Origin: Chloroflexota bacterium
GTDB taxonomy: Bacteria > Chloroflexota > UBA11872 > VXOZ01
Length of the DNA stretch: 64,000 bases
Direction: 5' to 3'
Assembly (NCBI GenBank): GCA_964291655.2
Contig: OZ219802.1
Coordinates: 864,001 to 928,000, forward strand
The notes below the pieces were generated by a model. The model ran no database searches and was not told the origin of the DNA. It was given only the letters and a program-made list of their open reading frames with translations. Made by a program: the position numbers and the translations under genes. Shown piece after piece: positions 59,334 through 64,000 of this stretch (its first letter is position 1; every line of letters begins with the position of its first letter).

Positions 59334-60134
59334 TTAACTATACGCTGCAAAGTACGATGGATCACCAATCGTCTTTGAATCCGCCAGGACGCGCGCCATA
59401 TTGCCAAAGAGAATCTTCTCTTTGTCCGCTTCCGACAAGTCAGTACCTAGCACCTTGGCCAGTTGCGAAGTAAATGATCTGCCGGGCATGTCGGTACCAA
59501 AGATCACACGGTCGGCGCCGACGTGATTCACCAGAATTTCCACATAGCCCGCGTTGCACTCGTTGCCGCCGATATCGAGCAAGACGTTCTCGCGCGAGCG
59601 AAAGACCTTCGCCCCATATTCGTAGTCGCCGCCGGCATGAGCCGCGATGATCGTCGTGCGCGGATGGCGCTCGGCCAGCGCGGCCACCATAGCTGGCGGC
59701 GATTCCCCCGTCTTCTGTCCGTTCACCTTCTGCCACGTGTGCTGGAGCGCAGGCACGCGGTAGTGGGCGCAGATTTCCATGAGTTCATCGAGACGCGGGT
59801 CAATGCACGGCACCGCCACCCACAGCTTGAGGCCCACGAAGTGCTGCTCTCGCAGCCGAAAATCGAGTTCCTCGCATGCCTCCTGCGCGTGACCGGGATT
59901 GACGTAGGCAAACCCGTGCACGCGGTCAGGATAGCGCTCCATCAAAACGCGCGTCTGATCGTTGCAGGCGCGGATGTTCTCCGGCGACGGGTACTCATGG
60001 TTGTTTGCGGCCGTGACCGGGCGGACGGAATACGTGACGAGTTGCACGTCGAATTGCTCGGCAATGGCAATCAAATCGGCAAAGTCGTCCAGTCGGCGAG
60101 ATACGTGCGGGTGCACGTGGACATCAATAATCAC
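59334..60134 (-). CDS. Amidohydrolase_2 family protein, close paralog of 58390..59175
   Basis: IDVHVH, AAHAGGDYEYGAKVFRS, IFGTDMPGRSF shared. Confidence 0.92.
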   Translation of the reverse strand: MIIDVHVHPHVSRRLDDFADLIAIAEQFDVQLVTYSVRPVTAANNHEYPSPENIRACNDQTRVLMERYPDRVHGFAYVNPGHAQEACEELDFRLREQHFVGLKLWVAVPCIDPRLDELMEICAHYRVPALQHTWQKVNGQKTGESPPAMVAALAERHPRTTIIAAHAGGDYEYGAKVFRSRENVLLDIGGNECNAGYVEILVNHVGADRVIFGTDMPGRSFTSQLAKVLGTDLSEADKEKILFGNMARVLADSKTIGDPSYFAAYS

Positions 60135-60324
60135 GGCACTTGCGCTTTCTCACGTCTTGCATACCGGGCTGCTGCGTATCCAGACACTTGCACAGGCCAA
60201 TTGTCGCCCGAAGTACTCAATAGTCGCTCCACGCCGCGGTCCCGGGCAGCCGGGCCGAGAGCATGGCTTTACACGAGTGTCGTGTTGGCTAAGCGGCTAC
60301 CGCCGCTTAGCCAACTCACGCGCT

Positions 60325-61752
60325 CTACCAGCCGCCCACAAGCTCCTGCCACTTGGCGATGATATTGTTCCACTCCTGATCGACGTTTGCCAGGCCCTCT
60401 TGGATGGTAATGTTGCCTGCCATGACGTCGGGCAAGAATTGTGACAGGGCCGTACGCATCTCGTCGGCGCCGGGAATTGGCAACGAGTGGGACGCGCGGA
60501 ACGGAATCTGGTAGCTTTGGTGCTCGAGGAACGGGTCGCCCTCGGTGAACTCCGACGAATTGGCGACCGAAAGCCGAATCGGCACGCGGTCCCACGCCTT
60601 TGCCCAGCGGAGGTTGTTCTCGGGTCGGGACACAAACTCGATCCAGGCAAAGGCCTCTTCGGGCACGGTCGTCCATGACGACATGATCCAGATGTGGTGC
60701 CCGCTCCAACTTACCTGCCGTACCGCGTTGGGCGGTTTCGGATGCTCGATGATACTGAACTCAAAACTTTCATCGATGGGGTAGATTTCCGCCTTGCGCG
60801 TTGAGTACGTCGCGTACATCGTGGCGGTAAAGTCGTTGACGAGGGCGGCGCCCCGCGGCGAACCGGAGGGCCGAGCCGTCTGATTGAGCGTGGCAAGGGC
60901 GTCCCACCCGCCTTGCAGGTCGTTAATTTTCTTGACCCACGTGAGCGCTTCAATCCCTTCCGGGCTATTGAGCGCCGCTTTGCTCAGGTCGTCGCTGACT
61001 CGCTGCCCGCCAAGTTGCAAGAGCGGTGTAATCCACTGGTACCTGCCGCCGCTGCCCCATTCGGGCGGGAACCCGGCAACCACCAGATTACCGGCCGTGT
61101 CCTTGCGCATGGTCTTCTGGACAACCGCTTCCAGGTCGTCCCAAGATTCGGGGCCGTTATCCGGGTCCAGACCGTTCTCCAAGAAGATGCCGTCGTGCAT
61201 GTAGAGCACACGAAGGTCGGGGCCATACGGAAAGCCGTAAAGTTGACCGTCCTTGCTCCAGACCATGTTCTCGGTCAGGCTTGTCCAAATGTCCTCCATG
61301 TCGATGTTGGAGCTCTTGACGACGTCGTTGAGGCCCCGCGCCTGGCCGAGCGCGCCCAACTCGATGGCGTGCCACTCGCCCCAGGAACTGAGATCATGTG
61401 GTGAGTTGGCGGCAAACGCCGTGCGAAACGCGGCGTACCGTTCGCTCGAACTCGTCGACGGCGGATTAACGTCAAACTCGATATCGGGATGCTCTGCGCG
61501 GAACTCAGCGACCAGTTCGGCGGAAACACCCTCTGCTTCCTGGAATTTGAAGTAGGGATGCGTGGCAAACAAGACGTACACGGTCTCCTTTTCAGGAGGC
61601 GCGGCCTCTGCCTGCGGCGCTTCCGCTTGCTCTTCCTCAGCCATGGTTGCTGCGGGCACAGCACCACAGGCGGCAAGACCCAAGACCGCCAGCGTGCTAC
61701 CAAGCCCTGCCATGGTCATGCGGCGTGAAATTCTTGTCGAATTTGGACTCAT
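60325..61752 (-). CDS. Carbohydrate-type ABC solute-binding lipoprotein (Tat signal), paralog of 6925..8289
   Basis: SRRMT...LAAC, PYGPDLR, GLDPDNGPESW, DRVPIR, GDPF; GGGAGG RBS. Confidence 0.85.
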   Translation of the reverse strand: MSPNSTRISRRMTMAGLGSTLAVLGLAACGAVPAATMAEEEQAEAPQAEAAPPEKETVYVLFATHPYFKFQEAEGVSAELVAEFRAEHPDIEFDVNPPSTSSSERYAAFRTAFAANSPHDLSSWGEWHAIELGALGQARGLNDVVKSSNIDMEDIWTSLTENMVWSKDGQLYGFPYGPDLRVLYMHDGIFLENGLDPDNGPESWDDLEAVVQKTMRKDTAGNLVVAGFPPEWGSGGRYQWITPLLQLGGQRVSDDLSKAALNSPEGIEALTWVKKINDLQGGWDALATLNQTARPSGSPRGAALVNDFTATMYATYSTRKAEIYPIDESFEFSIIEHPKPPNAVRQVSWSGHHIWIMSSWTTVPEEAFAWIEFVSRPENNLRWAKAWDRVPIRLSVANSSEFTEGDPFLEHQSYQIPFRASHSLPIPGADEMRTALSQFLPDVMAGNITIQEGLANVDQEWNNIIAKWQELVGGW

Positions 61753-62039
61753 TGCGTTTCCTCCCACACATTGTGCTCCAGTGGTCCTTCAACAGACTGA
61801 GCGTGTCCCACGACAACGCGCGCCGTCTACGTGGGGTTAAGCGTCGCTGCGGTGTCCTTCGGAACCATACCTCCCTTCCTCTAGCGCGAAGGGTACCGCC
61901 AATGGGCAAACTACTCAGTTGTCTTTTACCACCATACGAAGTATATGTCTAGCATACACCCGGTGACATACGCTGAAGGTCTGCGCGGGCAGGGACGGAA
62001 CCACAGTTGGCGTTCCGCTACGTGCCAAGGAAAGAAAAG

Positions 62040-62828
62040 CTAGAGAATTTGGGAAAGGAAGCGCCGCACGCGCTCATGGCGCGGATTGTTGAAGAATTCA
62101 TCCGGGGGAAGGTCTTCGACGATCTGGCCTTCATCGAACATAACGATCCGGTCGGCAACCTCGCGGGCAAAGCCCAACTCATGGGTAATCGCCACAATCG
62201 TCATTTGGTGCGAAGCAGCCAGTTCTTTCATGACTTCCAGGACTTCCTTGATCATCTCCGGGTCAAGCGCAGACGTAGGCTCATCGAAGAGCATGATTTT
62301 CGGGTTCATGGCCAACGCGCGGGCGATGGCGACGCGCTGCTGCTGTCCGCCGGAGAGTTCACCTGGATACTTTTCGGCTTGCTCCGGGATACCCACGCGC
62401 TCCAGAAGCTGCCGCGCGCTGGCCTCCGCATCATCCACTGGGGTTTTGCGCACTTTCGTCGGCGCTAGGGTGATGTTACGCAAGACCGACAGATGGGGAA
62501 AAAGGTTGAACGATTGAAACACCATGCCCACTTCGCGGCGGATGGCGTCGATGTTGCGCACGTCATCGGTCATCTCGACACCGTCCACGATGATGTCGCC
62601 GCGCTGGTGCTGCTCCAGGCGATTGATCGTGCGAATGAAGGTAGACTTGCCCGAGCCGGACGGGCCGATGACAACCACCACTTCACCCCGACCGATGGTC
62701 GTGGTCACGCCGCGCAGCGCATGAAAGTCGCCGAACCACTTATGCACGTCGCGGGCTACAATGATGTTGTCCTGTTCAGGAGCCTGCTCTGCTGCTACCG
62801 CTGTTTCTGTTGCCACGTCTACCTCCAT
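62040..62828 (-). CDS. Polar amino acid ABC transporter ATP-binding protein (AapP/GlnQ-like)
   Basis: GPSGSGKST, LSGGQQQR, FDEPTSALDPE. Confidence 0.95.
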   Translation of the reverse strand: MEVDVATETAVAAEQAPEQDNIIVARDVHKWFGDFHALRGVTTTIGRGEVVVVIGPSGSGKSTFIRTINRLEQHQRGDIIVDGVEMTDDVRNIDAIRREVGMVFQSFNLFPHLSVLRNITLAPTKVRKTPVDDAEASARQLLERVGIPEQAEKYPGELSGGQQQRVAIARALAMNPKIMLFDEPTSALDPEMIKEVLEVMKELAASHQMTIVAITHELGFAREVADRIVMFDEGQIVEDLPPDEFFNNPRHERVRRFLSQIL

Positions 62829-62891
62829 AGGGCTTTGGCGTCCCGCCGCAATCAATCAGCAATTCTCGTTTTTCGTCGCATCGAACGCAGC

Positions 62892-64000
62892 CTAACGTCG
62901 GCCGACGCCGAGGTGCCGCTCCACCCGGCGGCTTACATACGACATCGTGTAGGTAAAGACCCAGAACACTGCCGCCACGAAGATGAAGAGTTCTCTAGCA
63001 TTGTCGGCGAATTGCACGTTGCCCTGCACGATGGAGCGTCCCATCTCCAAGATATCCAGCATACCGACGATGTAGACCAGACTTGTATCCTTGAAAAGCG
63101 CGATGAATTGTCCCACGATTGCGGGAATCACGTTGCGGATCGCCTGCGGCAACTGAATCAGCATGGTGACTTGCCAGCCCGGCAGGCCCAAGGCTCGCGC
63201 CGCCTCGGCTTGACCCGGATGCAAGCCCTGCAAGCCGCCGCGAATGTTCTCGGCCGTGTACGCCGCCGAGAACAGCGTGATCACAATGGCCGCCCGCGTC
63301 ACGGAGTCTACGGGGAAATTTGCCGGCAAGGCCAGAGGCACCAGCACTTGCGACATGAACAAGAGCGTGATTAACGGCACACCACGAAAGACTTCGATGA
63401 ATACAACACAGAGGACCTTGACCACCGGCAGATTGCTGCGCCGCCCTAGCGCCAGCAATACACCAATCGGAAAAGCAAAGAAGATGCCGGAAACCGCCAG
63501 GATCAGGTTGAGCATCAAGCCGCCCCACTTCCGCGGCGCCACCTCTTCCATGCCGGGGAAACCCGGCAATCCGGTGAGCAATAGTAGCAGGAACACGTAG
63601 ATCGCAATGCCGCCGAGCACGAACGTGCGCGGTTTCGCGGTTCTTGGATGGCTGCCCAAGCCGTAGCCTAAGCCGATGGTCAGCACGTTAGCCAGAATAA
63701 GCGCGCGCACCCACCAGGGCATGATCACGCCCTCATGGAACAATCCGTAGGGCAGAACTCCCAGCAACACAGTAACCGCGCCGTAGCCAATGGCTATGCG
63801 CCGCGCGGCACCACCCCACATGGCGGCGGCCATGCCGAAGAGGATAGAAACCAGTAGCCAGCCTGTTAGAGGGCGCCAAGCGAGTTCCGTGGGGTAAAGG
63901 CCGATAAGGTACTGCTGCGGTCGGCTGGCAATAAGCGTCCAGTCCGCGGTGCCAAATAGCCAACCCAACATACGCCAAGCGGCCCAGAGAATTACTGGCA
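62892..64000 (-). CDS. Amino acid ABC transporter permease (AapM-like); N-terminus outside the window
   Basis: WGGLML, RGVPLI, AAYTAENIRGG, GQ.EAA.ALG, FKDTSL; frame stays open to the window edge. Confidence 0.92.
   Translation of the reverse strand, partial: PVILWAAWRMLGWLFGTADWTLIASRPQQYLIGLYPTELAWRPLTGWLLVSILFGMAAAMWGGAARRIAIGYGAVTVLLGVLPYGLFHEGVIMPWWVRALILANVLTIGLGYGLGSHPRTAKPRTFVLGGIAIYVFLLLLLTGLPGFPGMEEVAPRKWGGLMLNLILAVSGIFFAFPIGVLLALGRRSNLPVVKVLCVVFIEVFRGVPLITLLFMSQVLVPLALPANFPVDSVTRAAIVITLFSAAYTAENIRGGLQGLHPGQAEAARALGLPGWQVTMLIQLPQAIRNVIPAIVGQFIALFKDTSLVYIVGMLDILEMGRSIVQGNVQFADNARELFIFVAAVFWVFTYTMSYVSRRVERHLGVGRR

Overview
GC-rich (roughly 60%, estimated by eye) bacterial chromosomal segment. 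It is most likely Chloroflexota, an inference from the adjacent Chlor_Arch_YYY/DUF2298 + TIGR03663-type glycosylation pair, the Tat lipoproteins and the YtxH cluster. About 48 CDS. Housekeeping genes: glyA, sthA, coaE, rlmD and a groEL without groES. The catabolic repertoire is expanded: five DUF3604/PHP-like metallohydrolases, three amidohydrolases, two orphan Tat-lipoprotein solute-binding proteins, creatininase, an enolase-superfamily enzyme and two aminotransferases. A near-complete glycine-betaine demethylation route is present (BHMT-like, dimethylglycine oxidase-like, sarcosine oxidase-like, GlyA). Also present are a lone lower-GC TIR-domain gene and a secreted Thr-Ala/Asp repeat protein. 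The most striking non-coding signal is a hierarchy of nested hairpin-targeting elements: several REP families; MITEs that insert into REP loops and duplicate the loop; an IS481 element and its MITE that hit the same REP position; and 23-28 bp hairpin modules that insert without duplication, mostly just after CAG, and stack inside one another. No rRNA, tRNA or CRISPR array was found. All family assignments come from motif recognition, not database searches.
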